Source: Candidatus Kerfeldbacteria bacterium
Lineage (GTDB): Bacteria; Patescibacteriota; Patescibacteriia; SBBC01
Length of the DNA: 43,314 bases
NCBI GenBank assembly: GCA_016207275.1
Contig: JACQPY010000005.1
Location: 1-43,314 of the forward strand
Direction: 5' to 3'
A program made the position numbers and the translations under genes. The notes under the pieces were generated by a model. That model saw nothing but the letters and a program-made list of their open reading frames with translations. It did not search any database and was not told the origin of the DNA. Within the stretch, counting starts at the first letter, position 1, and each line of letters begins with the position of its first letter. Positions 16,620 through 24,877 of this stretch are shown here, in pieces.

Positions 16620-17645
16620 ATGGCTGATGTTCCCTACCGACCGAGCGTTAAACTCGGGTCGTTGCGACAGACCACCAAGAAAATGATGGTCACGAAAGTC
16701 AGTGGTTCGAACGTTGGCGAGCAGAAGCTAAAAAAGTTTTTACAGGAAGATAAAGGACTCCGTCGAGCCGCCTACGGTGATCAACGACAGACCATGGAGT
16801 CGTGGCGCGCCCGGCACTACTTCAAGGACGTTAAAGAAAAGGTCAAGGGCTCGGCCCAGTATCGGGAGACGCTCTACGGCAAAAAGACAACGGCGACCCG
16901 GGAGTTTCGTGACACGGTTCGGGAAGAAGTTCGGCAGGACGAAGCGGCTCACCCGGCCGGACCGGGTAAGGACGAGCCGGAGCGACAGCATCGCCTGGAG
17001 CACGCCAAGCAAAGCCTCCACCGTTACGAGCAGGCTAAACAAATTGAACGCGAACAAGGAAAGCCGCTGGAAGCAGTTCATGATCGGAGCGATGGCGGCC
17101 CGGCTACGTCGATAACCGCGCAGACGGTCAAGCCGACGTCAGCGGGCGGCGGGTCAGTCAAAGGCGTACCGCTGGCTGGCAGCGGGCCGGGCGGGGGTGG
17201 CCACGCGCCGGCTGGCGGGACCGCGGCGCCAGCTGGTCTGGGCAGTACGACGGCCGTCTCGACAAAGGCTGCTGCGGTACCGCCTATTTTTGGCTTGCGC
17301 GGGCGCGTCCTCCGATCCGCCCCGGATCAAGTCGGGGGTCAGGGCAGTGAGCTGCTGGTGCGGGTGCTCAATGCGCCGCCCGAACTGGCCGTGTTTATTG
17401 GCCGCGACCGAAGTTTAACCGTCGACGCTAACACCCGGTACGTTCGTGATCGCGCGTCCAGCTCGGCTAACGAGGTGGTGGTCGGCGATTTGATTGATGT
17501 CCGCGGTAAGGTTGTACATGAAGCGTTTATGGCTGACGAAGTGTACGTCAACAACAGCGAACTGCCGGATTTTGTCATTCACCTGAGCAGTTCGGAGGTG
17601 TCGAAAGATGTACCGATTCAGCCACCGAGTGAATTAGCAATTTAG
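16620..17645 (+). CDS. hypothetical protein with a Gly/Ala/Pro-rich central region
   Basis: 341-aa ORF with a basic N-terminal half, a low-complexity centre and a beta-rich C-terminus. No family recognised. Confidence 0.55.
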   Translation: MADVPYRPSVKLGSLRQTTKKMMVTKVSGSNVGEQKLKKFLQEDKGLRRAAYGDQRQTMESWRARHYFKDVKEKVKGSAQYRETLYGKKTTATREFRDTVREEVRQDEAAHPAGPGKDEPERQHRLEHAKQSLHRYEQAKQIEREQGKPLEAVHDRSDGGPATSITAQTVKPTSAGGGSVKGVPLAGSGPGGGGHAPAGGTAAPAGLGSTTAVSTKAAAVPPIFGLRGRVLRSAPDQVGGQGSELLVRVLNAPPELAVFIGRDRSLTVDANTRYVRDRASSSANEVVVGDLIDVRGKVVHEAFMADEVYVNNSELPDFVIHLSSSEVSKDVPIQPPSELAI

Positions 17646-17680
17646 GTGTTAGGAGTTAGGTATTAGGGGGTTAGGGCGGG
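17642..17680 (+). repeat. five TTAGG units with 7-7-7-8 nt spacing, followed by a G-run tract
   Basis: TTAGG starts at 17642, 17649, 17656, 17663 and 17671, followed by GGGCGGGCGG. The array resembles the arms flanking the four-helix-bundle cassette at 24.4-24.9 kb. Confidence 0.6.
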
Positions 17681-17748
17681 CGGTTGTTATGCTACTCCTC
17701 TTTTGTAAAGAGGACGATCGGGTGCGGAGGAAACAGCGAGCAGCGCGC

Positions 17749-17777
17749 TTGAAAATAGTGCTGATTGATGCTACATT
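17749..17777 (+). promoter_or_regulatory. sigma70-like promoter upstream of the MBL-fold hydrolase / gyrA gene group
   Basis: TTGAAA, 17-nt spacer, TACATT. Confidence 0.4.
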
Positions 17778-17814
17778 TTAGTTGTTCGAGACAACCTTTT
17801 TATTGTCAGTCATC

Positions 17815-18426
17815 ATGACGATTGAGTGGTTTGGAAAAACCTGCGTGCGACTGACGACCGCGAATGCGACGGTCGTGATTGATCCGTTGCTGGCGTCCAC
17901 CGGCTTAAAAGTTCCGAAGCTGACCGCCGATCTTGTCCTGGCCACTGACCAGCAGGCCGATCTTAAAGCAGTCGCCGGTTCACCGTTCGTGGTCAGCGGT
18001 CCGGGCGAGTACGAAGTTAAGAAGGTGTTTGTCTACGGCGTACCGGTGGCTAATGAACAAGCCGACCGACGGACCATCTACCTGATTGAAGCGGAAGGAG
18101 TTTCCTGCGCCCACCTCGGCCACCTCGGTCATCAGCTGACCAACGGTGAACTAGAACGTCTCGAGGGCGTTGACATTCTGTGTATTCCGGTTGGTGGCCA
18201 CGGCGTACTCAATGCTGAACAAGCCGCCACCGCCATCAGCGCGATCGAACCGCGGGTGGTCATCCCGATGCAGTATAAGATCGCCGGTCTTAAGGACAAC
18301 CTCGATCCAGTCAGCGCCTTTGCCAAGGAGTTGGGTGTTAAAGAGTCGGAAACAATGCAGAAGTTTAAGGTCACGACCCGCGACTTGCCACAAGACAACA
18401 TGAGGGTCGTAATTCTCACTCCTTAG
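17815..18426 (+). CDS. MBL-fold metal-dependent hydrolase (UPF0173-like)
   Basis: Start at MTIEWFGKTCVRL, typical of this family. Later blocks include HLGHLGH and PVGGH. Confidence 0.7.
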   Translation: MTIEWFGKTCVRLTTANATVVIDPLLASTGLKVPKLTADLVLATDQQADLKAVAGSPFVVSGPGEYEVKKVFVYGVPVANEQADRRTIYLIEAEGVSCAHLGHLGHQLTNGELERLEGVDILCIPVGGHGVLNAEQAATAISAIEPRVVIPMQYKIAGLKDNLDPVSAFAKELGVKESETMQKFKVTTRDLPQDNMRVVILTP

Positions 18427-18427
18427 T

Positions 18428-18847
18428 ATGGCTGCGCTCACCGTCCCGACGCCTCCGCGCCGCAACGATCATCATCGCGCCCACGCCGTGCCGGTCCGGG
18501 TCGTTCGTTCGAGCCGGCCGCGGCGAATCCCGGCCACCGACCCTTCGCTCGCCGACCGTCGGGTTAGCGGACACCGGCGCGACCAGGCGGCGACTGAGCC
18601 AGACCGCCGTCTGCTGATGTGGCTTGGCGTATCGGTGGTGACGGTCGCGATGGTAGTTTTCTGGCTTAGTTTTATCCGCGGTTATGAACCCCGGCCGGCC
18701 GGTCGCGACACCATCTTCGAGAAAGTGCGGCAGCAAATCACTTCGTTCCTGCAGCAAGTACGGTTGTTCCGCGCTACGCCGCCAAGTCAGGACCAAGAAC
18801 TCAACGATCTCCGCGACCGCGTCTTTCCGGAGATTAACAATCAGTAA
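18428..18847 (+). CDS. hypothetical small membrane protein (start uncertain)
   Basis: The Arg/Pro-rich first 63 codons look non-genic, so ATG 18617 (MWLGVSVVTVAMVVFWL) is the more plausible start. Confidence 0.4.
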   Translation: MAALTVPTPPRRNDHHRAHAVPVRVVRSSRPRRIPATDPSLADRRVSGHRRDQAATEPDRRLLMWLGVSVVTVAMVVFWLSFIRGYEPRPAGRDTIFEKVRQQITSFLQQVRLFRATPPSQDQELNDLRDRVFPEINNQ

Positions 18848-18850
18848 TCC

Positions 18851-21361
18851 ATGAGCGCCAAAAAGAAAGGTACTGGTAAACCACAGCCGACCCCGGTTGA
18901 TCCGCCGGCCCCGCCCGGGGCGGCTATCGGTATGGTTGAACCACGGCCAATCGTCGAGGAGATGTCCCAGTCATACCTCGACTACGCCATGTCGGTCATC
19001 ATCAGCCGGGCCTTGCCCGATGTTCGCGACGGCTTGAAACCGGTCACCCGTCGGATTTTGTACGCCATGTGGCAGAACGGCATCCGGCCGGGGGCGAAAC
19101 ACCGTAAGTCAGCGTACGTGGTCGGCGAAGTCCTCGGTAAGTACCACCCGCACGGCGATATTCCGGTCTACGAAGCGATGGTGCGGATGGCGCAGGACTT
19201 TGCCATGCGCTATCCCCTGATCGATGGGCAGGGCAACTTCGGCTCGATGGACGGCGATGCCCCGGCGGCCATGCGCTACACCGAAGCGCGGCTGGCGAGA
19301 ATTTCTACCGAGCTCCTGCAGGACATTGAAAGGAACACCGTTGACCTCGTTCCCAACTACGACAACACGCAGCGAGAACCGAGCGTCGTGCCGGCCCGGC
19401 TACCGAACCTGCTGCTCAACGGTACGGTCGGCATTGCCGTCGGCATGGCCACCAACATTCCGCCGCACAACCTCGGCGAGATCGCGGACGCCGTTATCCA
19501 TTTAATTGACCACCCCAACGCTACGGTCGAGGACTTACTCCAGTTCGTCAAAGGCCCCGACTTCCCGACTGGCGGGCACATCTTCGATGCCGAAGCGATC
19601 AAGCAGGCCTACGCCACCGGCAAAGGCTCAATTGTGATGCGCGGCGTGGCCGAGGTCGTCGAAGGCAAGGGCAACGACTTCCGAATCGTCATCACCTCCA
19701 TCCCGTACCAAGTGAACAAAGCTCAGCTGGTCGAGCACATTGCCAACTTGGTTCGCGATAAGAAGCTCGAAGGAATAAAAGATCTCCGCGACGAATCCGA
19801 CAAATCGGGCGTGCGCGTCGTCGTTGAGCTCAAGCGCGACGCCTACCCAAAAAAAGTGCTCAACCGTCTCTACTCGTTGACCCAGCTGCAGGAAACGTTC
19901 CACGTCAACACCTTGGCGATCGTCGACGGCATCCAGCCGCGCGTGCTGACCCTGAAGATGGTGCTGGAAGAGTATCTCAAGCACCGCCGCGAGGTGGTCC
20001 GCCGGCGAACCGAGTACGACCTGGGCGTAGCCAAGGACCGGGTGCACATTTTGGAAGGCTTGAAGATCGCTTTGCTGCACATCGACACGGTGATTAAGAC
20101 GATCAAGCAGTCGAAGGACAAGGACGAAGCGCGAGGCAACTTAATGAAGCGGTTCAAATTGACTGAACGGCAGGCGGTGGCCATTTTGGAAATGCGACTG
20201 CAGCAGCTGGCCAACCTGGAACGACTGAAGATCGAGCAAGAGTACAAAGAAAAGAAAGCCTTGATGGCTGAGCTCGAGTCAATTCTGAATTCGCCGAAAA
20301 AATTGCTCGGCGTGATTCGTAAAGAAGTCGTCGATTTGAAAACGGCCTACGCCGACGAACGAAAGACCAAGGTTTTTGTCAATCCGGTCGGCGAGTTCAC
20401 CCAGGAAGACCTGATTCCAAACGAACCGGCGATCGTGGTGGTCACCCGCGACGGCTACCTTAAGCGCGTTTCGCCGGAGCTGTTTAAGACCCAGGGCCGC
20501 GGCGGCAAGGGCGTGATCGGTCTGACCACCAAGGAAGAAGATGCCGTCAGCCATTTCCTGTCGACCACGACACACGCTGATATCCTGTTCTTCACCAACC
20601 GCGGCCGGGTGTTCCAGCTCAAGGCCTACGACGTGCCGGCGGCCTCGCGCACGGCCAAAGGCCAAGCCATCGTCAATTTCCTGCAGCTGCCGACTGAAGA
20701 AAAGGTCAACGTGGTGCTGTCGACGCCCGACCTCAAGCCGTACAAGTTTTTGGTGATGGTGACGAAGAACGGTATCATCAAGAAAGTGGACATCAACTCG
20801 TTTTTGAGCGTCCGGAAGTCAGGTTTGATCGCCATTAAGCTCAAGCCGGGCGACCAGCTGCGTTGGGTCCGGCCGTCGGCCGGCAAAGACGACGTGGTCT
20901 TGATTACCGCGAATGGCCAGTCGATCCGTTTCCGCGAGACCAACATCCGGGAAATGGGTCGGAACGCGGCCGGCGTCCGCGGTATCAAAGTGAAATCGGG
21001 TGATGAAATCAGCGGCATGGATCTTGTTCATGAAGGCCAGGCTGAGGCCGGCGAGCAGATTTTGGTGGTCATGGCGAACGGATTTGGAAAGCGTACACCC
21101 CTGAAGCAGTACAAGGTCCAGGGCCGCGGTGGCACTGGCATTCGGACCGCCAAGATCACGGAAAGGACCGGCAAGGCCGTGGCGGCGTTCATCGTCAACG
21201 CGAAACTTGAGCAAAACGACATTATCGTGATTTCCGGGAAAGGCCAGGTCATTCGCCTGCCGTTGAAGTCGGTCTCAGTGCTGGGCCGCGATACCCAGGG
21301 CGTCCGCGTGATGCGGTTTTCGGAGAGTGGGGACAAGGTGGCGTCGGTAACCTTTATTTAA
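18851..21361 (+). CDS. gyrA: DNA gyrase subunit A
   Basis: 836 aa with [14 protein letters not shown], the YHPHGD catalytic region, AMRYTE, and C-terminal beta-pinwheel repeats with GRGGKG. Confidence 0.97.
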   Translation: MSAKKKGTGKPQPTPVDPPAPPGAAIGMVEPRPIVEEMSQSYLDYAMSVIISRALPDVRDGLKPVTRRILYAMWQNGIRPGAKHRKSAYVVGEVLGKYHPHGDIPVYEAMVRMAQDFAMRYPLIDGQGNFGSMDGDAPAAMRYTEARLARISTELLQDIERNTVDLVPNYDNTQREPSVVPARLPNLLLNGTVGIAVGMATNIPPHNLGEIADAVIHLIDHPNATVEDLLQFVKGPDFPTGGHIFDAEAIKQAYATGKGSIVMRGVAEVVEGKGNDFRIVITSIPYQVNKAQLVEHIANLVRDKKLEGIKDLRDESDKSGVRVVVELKRDAYPKKVLNRLYSLTQLQETFHVNTLAIVDGIQPRVLTLKMVLEEYLKHRREVVRRRTEYDLGVAKDRVHILEGLKIALLHIDTVIKTIKQSKDKDEARGNLMKRFKLTERQAVAILEMRLQQLANLERLKIEQEYKEKKALMAELESILNSPKKLLGVIRKEVVDLKTAYADERKTKVFVNPVGEFTQEDLIPNEPAIVVVTRDGYLKRVSPELFKTQGRGGKGVIGLTTKEEDAVSHFLSTTTHADILFFTNRGRVFQLKAYDVPAASRTAKGQAIVNFLQLPTEEKVNVVLSTPDLKPYKFLVMVTKNGIIKKVDINSFLSVRKSGLIAIKLKPGDQLRWVRPSAGKDDVVLITANGQSIRFRETNIREMGRNAAGVRGIKVKSGDEISGMDLVHEGQAEAGEQILVVMANGFGKRTPLKQYKVQGRGGTGIRTAKITERTGKAVAAFIVNAKLEQNDIIVISGKGQVIRLPLKSVSVLGRDTQGVRVMRFSESGDKVASVTFI

Positions 21362-21442
21362 ATGATTTCCACAGCCGACGCCACCCCGCGCTGGTCGCGG
21401 GATCTCCGGGTGTGACGTTTGTGTAGGGCTTTGCCACCCTTC

Positions 21443-21471
21443 TTGCAACTCAGAATTGAGAAGTGCATACT
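21443..21471 (+). promoter_or_regulatory. sigma70-like promoter giving a leaderless mRNA
   Basis: TTGCAA, 17-nt spacer, CATACT. The ATG at 21478 starts 7 nt after the -10 element. Confidence 0.4.
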
Positions 21472-21477
21472 GAATCC

Positions 21478-21657
21478 ATGGACGCACCATCACAAAATCC
21501 AAGCGGTTACGGCAAACGCCCGCTTTGGCAGTGGATCGTGATCTACCTCGTTGTCGGCGGGGTTATTTACGGGGCGATTTACTATTTCGCCATTGCCAAG
21601 AAAGGCGGCTACGGCACGGATAGCGGAAACACGAACACCAGCCGCAGCCTTTACTAA
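21478..21657 (+). CDS. small membrane protein (59 aa)
   Basis: MDAPSQNPSGYGKRPLWQWIVIYLVVGGVIYGAIYYFAI... has one TM helix. The ORF-track start at 21463 overlaps the predicted -10 element. Confidence 0.5.
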   Translation: MDAPSQNPSGYGKRPLWQWIVIYLVVGGVIYGAIYYFAIAKKGGYGTDSGNTNTSRSLY

Positions 21658-21686
21658 AGCCAAGAACTTCGCTCCCTAGGTAGCGA

Positions 21687-21742
21687 GCCCCGCACCACTC
21701 CCCATTCGACTCACTCCGTTCGCTTAGGATCAGGTGCGGGGC
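21687..21742. repeat. hairpin with GCCCCGCACC / GGTGCGGGGC termini
   Basis: 10-bp perfect arms around a 36-nt loop. The same termini occur at 9758-9790 and 34381-34487. Confidence 0.6.
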
Positions 21743-21847
21743 AGGCGTGACGATTGTGTAAAAATCGGAGGTCAGCGGTTGGAGGTTGGAAATCGGAGTT
21801 CAAACCCTTGCGTGGTTTGGGCCACACCTCACCGGTTCGTGGTTCGA

Positions 21848-22468
21848 TCAGCAGAGTTTTTTGATCCGCTCCCAATCCACGTACACGAATGGTGGCTGAC
21901 CATAGCGGTCTTCAAGCGCCTCCTTTTTGTAGTTGTGGATGATGTAGTCGACCGTGTTGGCCAGGCGGCTGTGAGTTTCGACGATGCGGAAGTTAGAGCG
22001 GTGTTGCCAGAACTTGCCCTTAGGAAGGGTTCGTGAAAACGTGCCCTTGATCGACCGCATGAGGTCTGACAGCGTGTACTGCTGACAAGGCGTACATCGC
22101 CGACTGGCCCCGCCATCCGACGGGGTCCCGCCGTCCTTAGAATTCTTAGATAAATGTGGCGGGAAGAGTCGACGATGTGGGAAGAGGAAGGCCGCAGGTG
22201 AGCGCCTGCACGCTGCCTCACAACGTACTCTCTCAAGAGTGCGTTGTGAGCCGAGAAGCACACCATGGCTGAGTTTTCGCACCAGCAGGTGAACGTGATT
22301 CGGCAGGATGCAGTAAGCGAGAAGATCGAAGTTTTTCAACTTACAGCACGTCTGGATGGTCTGGCCAAGAACAGTCGCCCGTTCTGGCGTGACGAAAAAA
22401 CACCGTCGATCCTGGACGTTTACGGTCACAAAGTAGATATAGTCCCCATCAACGGCGCGTTGAGTCAT
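21848..22468 (-). CDS. REP-associated tyrosine transposase (RAYT, IS200/IS605-like Y1 transposase) carrying an in-frame insert
   Basis: HUH motif LPNHVHLLV, then SDLMRSIKG, WQHRSNFRIV and the C-terminal Tyr motif VDYIIHNY. About 64 aa of repeat-derived sequence lie between the HUH block and the following conserved helix. Confidence 0.7.
   Translation of the reverse strand: MTQRAVDGDYIYFVTVNVQDRRCFFVTPERATVLGQTIQTCCKLKNFDLLAYCILPNHVHLLVRKLSHGVLLGSQRTLERVRCEAACRRSPAAFLFPHRRLFPPHLSKNSKDGGTPSDGGASRRCTPCQQYTLSDLMRSIKGTFSRTLPKGKFWQHRSNFRIVETHSRLANTVDYIIHNYKKEALEDRYGQPPFVYVDWERIKKLC
22079..22270. repeat. repeat-derived insertion inside the RAYT gene
   Basis: Contains REP-like copy c (TCCCGCC 22125-22131 / GGCGGGA 22157-22163, loop GTCCTTAGAATTCTTAGATAAATGT), hairpin CCCCGCCATCCGACGGGG and the 9-bp hairpin CTCACAACG..CGTTGTGAG. 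Confidence 0.55.
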
Positions 22469-22530
22469 TGGTTCCGCCGCGCCACCGTTTTGTCGTTGCC
22501 AGATTATCGAAAAACGTTTCAGCTGTCAAA

Positions 22531-22565
22531 CAATAGCAGAAACCCCAGGTTCTCCAAGCCTGGGG
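22531..22565 (-). terminator. intrinsic terminator of the small-gene operon
   Basis: On the minus strand CCCCAGG-CTTGGAGAA-CCTGGGG is followed by TTTCTGCTATTGTTT. Confidence 0.5.
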
Positions 22566-22589
22566 TGTTGATATCGAGCGTGTTGTTGC

Positions 22590-22703
22590 CTACTCAGTTG
22601 TTCCGTTCTTGAGCTTCCCCCCGAACAGGAAGTTCCGCCACTCCGGGTCGTCGTCATCAATCTGGCGCTTGCCGCCGGTCAGACGATAGTACTCTCTCAC
22701 CAT
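22590..22703 (-). CDS. very small protein (37 aa)
   Basis: MVREYYRLTGGKRQIDDDDPEWRNFLFGGKLKNGTTE. Its ATG overlaps the stop of the preceding ORF (ATGGTGA). It is too short for the ORF track. Confidence 0.35.
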   Translation of the reverse strand: MVREYYRLTGGKRQIDDDDPEWRNFLFGGKLKNGTTE

Positions 22704-22771
22704 TCGCTGATCGCGACGTAGATGACCCAGTAAGTCAGGCCGATGATGAAAGTCAAGATGTACGGCTTCAT
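22697..22771 (-). CDS. very small hydrophobic peptide (24 aa)
   Basis: MKPYILTFIIGLTYWVIYVAISEW, with AAGGAGGTG 5 nt upstream of the ATG. Confidence 0.4.
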   Translation of the reverse strand: MKPYILTFIIGLTYWVIYVAISEW

Positions 22772-22790
22772 CAGTTCACCTCCTTGAGTG

Positions 22791-22865
22791 TCATGATGTC
22801 AGCCGATGACCAGACACTTGTTCAGCGACGATGTTGCCGGTCTGGGGTTCCTTGTGGCTCTTCAT
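22791..22865 (-). CDS. very small protein (24 aa)
   Basis: MKSHKEPQTGNIVAEQVSGHRLTS, with TAGGAGGAC directly upstream. Confidence 0.3.
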   Translation of the reverse strand: MKSHKEPQTGNIVAEQVSGHRLTS

Positions 22866-22873
22866 GCGTCCTC

Positions 22874-23071
22874 CTAGTCTGCCAGCCGGCAGTCGGTTAG
22901 TCGCCAGTGTTCTTGGACGATGCCTCGGCTGGTGGTGACGTTGACCACGGCGTAGCGGTGCGGTCGGCCGCCGGTCTTTTTGGTGGTGAATGCTTTGATG
23001 AAACCGATGCGGCTGGGATTGTCCTGGCGGTAGACGCGGTCGCCACGACGCAGCGTGACGGTCTGGATCAT
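22874..23071 (-). CDS. hypothetical small protein (65 aa)
   Basis: GGGAGGA upstream, and an ATGA start/stop overlap with the upstream ORF. No family recognised. Confidence 0.5.
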   Translation of the reverse strand: MIQTVTLRRGDRVYRQDNPSRIGFIKAFTTKKTGGRPHRYAVVNVTTSRGIVQEHWRLTDCRLAD

Positions 23072-23421
23072 AGTTCCTCCCTCGGTGGCTCGTTGATGGC
23101 CGCCGGCTGTGGTCGTGATACGGCATGGTAGGCCCGGACAGCCTCGTCGGTCTCGGAGCGAGCCAGCCGATGCAGCCGGTGGATGAACTTACCAAATCCT
23201 CCAGCCAGCGCACGCGGATGTTCAGCGATCTCGCTGAGTTTTTCCCAGCTCACGCGAAACCGCGGCTCTTGGCCGCGCAAAACCAGTTCTTGTTCAAACT
23301 GGTGGCGGCGGGAGAAAATCCTACCAGCCAGGTACAGTCGGCGTGCCGTTTGGAGGTTGCGTTTGAATTGTCGGTCCAGCATTGCTGGTTTGCCACGAGG
23401 TTGGTCAGCCGGGTGGTTCAT
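23068..23421 (-). CDS. hypothetical protein (117 aa from MNHPADQ)
   Basis: GGGGAGAG upstream of ATG 23421. The protein is basic and helical. The ORF-track start at 23466 is also possible. Confidence 0.5.
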   Translation of the reverse strand: MNHPADQPRGKPAMLDRQFKRNLQTARRLYLAGRIFSRRHQFEQELVLRGQEPRFRVSWEKLSEIAEHPRALAGGFGKFIHRLHRLARSETDEAVRAYHAVSRPQPAAINEPPREEL

Positions 23422-23521
23422 GTCTCTCCCCATAACGCCATCAACAGTGGCAGTTTTGATTGTCAACGAAGCTAAGGAGCGGTATTAGAAACGAGCGCAT
23501 AGTAACAGCGCCTTGAGGCCC

Positions 23522-23550
23522 TTGTCAAACCGTCGTTTTTTCGGTAGACT
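23522..23550 (+). promoter_or_regulatory. sigma70-like promoter for rpmF
   Basis: TTGTCA, 17-nt spacer, TAGACT. Confidence 0.4.
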
Positions 23551-23592
23551 ACAAACGTTTATTAGCTAGTTCAATAAGAACAACTCCGAGAC

Positions 23593-23838
23593 ATGGGACT
23601 GCCAGCCAAACGCCGGACCAAGCAAAGTAAGCGGGAACGGGCGTCACACTTTGCCCTGGTGAAGGCGAATCTCACGACCTGCAGCCACTGCAAGCGTAAG
23701 ATTCTTCCTCACCGCGTCTGCCCGTACTGCGGTTACTACCGAGGTCGGGAAGTTTTGAAATTGGAGACTATCCTCGGGAAGAAAGCGCAGCGGCGCGCCG
23801 AAGAAAAGAAGGCGAAGACACCCGAACATCGCCACTAG
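23593..23838 (+). CDS. rpmF: 50S ribosomal protein L32
   Basis: N-terminal PAKRRTKQSKRERASH and zinc-ribbon CSHC...CPYCGYY, with a basic C-terminal extension. Confidence 0.9.
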   Translation: MGLPAKRRTKQSKRERASHFALVKANLTTCSHCKRKILPHRVCPYCGYYRGREVLKLETILGKKAQRRAEEKKAKTPEHRH

Positions 23839-23881
23839 TTCCGAAGAATAGGATTTGCCATGTCCAATCGCCACCTTGCCC

Positions 23882-23907
23882 GGATCCTTCGACTTTGCTC
23901 AGGATGG
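23882..23907. repeat. solo right-half copy of the CTGTCA-family palindromic element
   Basis: GGATCCTTCGACTTTGCTCAGGATGG resembles GGAGATCCTTCGCTGACGCTCAGGATGACAG at 34441-34471. Confidence 0.45.
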
Positions 23908-23961
23908 CGCTTGGCTTTTATTGAAGACTATCCCTTATATCTCTGATGGAGCCGGTAGAGT

Positions 23962-24417
23962 ATGTCTAACCGACATCTGGCGCGCACGGTGGCTATGCAG
24001 ACGCTCTATGAGTGGGATTTCCACGGCCGCAAACGCAACCTGGTCGAGCTGATGCGTCACAACCTCAAGGAGTTTGCCCCGGACTTTAACGACGGCGGTT
24101 TTTCCGAACGGATCGTCAAGGGCGTCGAGCAGCACGAGGCCGAGATTGATAAGGTCATTGAGCGCTACGCGCCGGAATGGCCGATCAATCAGATTACCAT
24201 CGTCGATCGGAACATCTTGCGGATCGGTGTCTACGAACTGAAGTTCACCAAAGACATTCCGCCCAAGGTGGCGATCAACGAAGCGATTGAGCTCGCGAAA
24301 TCGTTCGGTGGCGAGTCGTCGGGCCGCTTTGTCAATGGCGTGCTTGGCGCGGTCTTTAAGGATATGGGCGGACTGCCACCCGCACGAGAACGAACGTCGG
24401 AGCAGAGGGCAGGATAG
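23962..24417 (+). CDS. nusB: transcription antitermination factor NusB
   Basis: [31 protein letters not shown] and INEAIELAK blocks. Confidence 0.9.
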   Translation: MSNRHLARTVAMQTLYEWDFHGRKRNLVELMRHNLKEFAPDFNDGGFSERIVKGVEQHEAEIDKVIERYAPEWPINQITIVDRNILRIGVYELKFTKDIPPKVAINEAIELAKSFGGESSGRFVNGVLGAVFKDMGGLPPARERTSEQRAG

Positions 24418-24441
24418 GGGTTTGGTGGTTTTGGGGTTTAG
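24417..24441 (+). repeat. left arm of the inverted repeat bracketing the four-helix-bundle ORF
   Basis: GGGGTTTGGTGGTTTTGGGGTTTAG pairs with 24838-24862 at 19 Watson-Crick plus 2 G-U of 25 positions (counted by hand). Confidence 0.55.
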
Positions 24442-24460
24442 AAGATTAGACAGATGAATC

Positions 24461-24808
24461 GTGAGAAGTTATAAAGAACTTCGTGTCTGGGAGAGATCTC
24501 GCCGGTTAGTAAAACTGGTATATCAAATCACAAGGGGCTTCCCTAGTGATGAACAGTACGGAATGGTTTCACAAATGCGACGGTCAGCACTGTCAATCCC
24601 TTCAAATATTGCCGAAGGCTACGTCCGAAGCACGAAAAAAGAGTTTAGGCAGTTCGTAGCCGTGGCACGCGGATCGTGTGCGGAGCTCGAAACACAGACA
24701 GTCATTGCGTCCGATCTAAACTATCTAACCAGCGGCGAAGGGGAGACTCTCTTGCGTGAGATTGAGGTTGTTGCCAAGATGTTGTCCTCACTTTTTGGAA
24801 AACTGTAA
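24461..24808 (+). CDS. four-helix-bundle protein (23S rRNA intervening-sequence protein family)
   Basis: 115 aa with YKELRVWERS, SQMRRSALSIPSNIAEGY and ARGSCAELETQ, diagnostic of the IVS/S23p four-helix-bundle family. The start is GTG. Confidence 0.85.
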   Translation: MRSYKELRVWERSRRLVKLVYQITRGFPSDEQYGMVSQMRRSALSIPSNIAEGYVRSTKKEFRQFVAVARGSCAELETQTVIASDLNYLTSGEGETLLREIEVVAKMLSSLFGKL

Positions 24809-24837
24809 ACTGAATTGAATAAATCGTTTTACAATTG

Positions 24838-24862
24838 CTAAACTCCTACTCCCCCAAGCCCC
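24838..24862 (+). repeat. right arm of the inverted repeat bracketing the four-helix-bundle ORF
   Basis: CTAAACTCCTACTCCCCCAAGCCCC, 15 nt upstream of the rnc ATG. Confidence 0.55.
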
Positions 24863-24877
24863 TAATAGACTACATCC

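Noticed and set aside
17642-17680. Telomere-like TTAGG repeats and a possible G-quadruplex tract.
   Set aside because: There are only five units, lying in an ordinary intergenic position on a bacterial chromosome fragment. The tract resembles the arms of the nearby IVS-type cassette, so it is treated as a repeat-family relic rather than a telomere.
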